Source: Octopus vulgaris (Eukaryota). Taken from it: 64,000 bases of DNA. Shown here in pieces: positions 63,391-64,000 of this stretch (position 1 is its first letter; the number at the start of each line of letters is the position of its first letter). The stretch covers positions 46,562,001 to 46,626,000 of the forward strand of contig OX597827.1 of assembly GCA_951406725.2 (NCBI GenBank), written 5' to 3'. The notes below the pieces were generated by a model. That model was not told the origin of the DNA, did not search any database, and saw only the letters and a program-made list of their open reading frames with translations. Made by a program: the position numbers and the translations under genes.

Positions 63391-64000
63391 TCATCATCAT
63401 CAGTCGTCTGCAGATCAAACTATAACATATATCATTCTCTGTCTCCAACAGCCCTTGTCCCCCATCAAGATTTTAATTTTAGAATCAGTTTATCCTTGTG
63501 TCTATTTGAGCACTTTTAGAAAGACCTTCATTTCTGCTCCTGTGTACCACCTACCTCCTGATGGTGAGCAAAATAAAAGCTTAGAAATGGGTCGCTGTCC
63601 AGCTCTATAGCAATGACCCAGCAAAGTGTAATCTTTTCTGCCGAATGGTGTCTGACAGCCGTGGCAGGCCTTTGTATATACATATATATCTCTGTTGGTT
63701 ATAAGATCTCTCCAGCTAATACTAAAAGTTCTTCTCAGTATATTAATATATTATCCATTTATTTTTTATTTCTATATTTTGTGTTAAAATCCAAGATTCT
63801 GCGTTGTGTGTAGCAGAATGCTTTCTACCCATGTGCTCTGAAAATTTTAAGTTTTAGTTTTCTGTCCATGTTAGACTTCCATATTTTGTCAAGCTTATTT
63901 ATTTTGGCCTATGTCAGTCTTTGCCTTACATTGTGGGTGGTTTAAAAAAAAATTTTTATGATATTCATGCTACATTGATCTCAAACTGCATATCTGATGC

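Noticed and set aside
62476-63610. Long ORFs of 199-301 aa on both strands
   Set aside because: Translations of a TA/TG microsatellite that cannot contain stops; same for 61280-61601.

Overview
Eukaryotic, AT-rich, repeat-dense genomic DNA. The repeat families suggest a coleoid cephalopod, probably Octopus; this is an inference, not proven. Two plus-strand, intron-rich protein genes were rebuilt by hand. (1) Kinesin-5/Eg5 (KIF11): 25 coding exons from 3611 to the stop at 43944, all with GT-AG ends and consistent phases, about 1022 codons. The first coding exon is not in the window. (2) The first three coding exons of ERI1, the SAP + DEDDh 3'-5' exoribonuclease (53877-60578), which continues past the window. 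Introns and the intergenic gap hold tRNA-derived SINEs, RTE and CR1-type LINE remnants, TTAA-flanked piggyBac MITEs, foldback elements with 8-bp TSDs, Helitron/Helentron-type elements, Tc1 and Gypsy fragments, and microsatellites. The most unusual signal is a set of Penelope-type hammerhead ribozyme motifs. One sits in a palindromic, tRNA-headed element with a 15-bp TSD (7584-8044), and a near-intact one lies at 49733-49778 on the minus strand. Also notable: a piggyBac MITE dimer that appears to move as a unit, a twin-primed RTE insertion, SINE concatemers inside one TSD, and several long hairpins in the KIF11 pre-mRNA. All alignments and folds were done by eye. Exon numbers assume one missing first exon.
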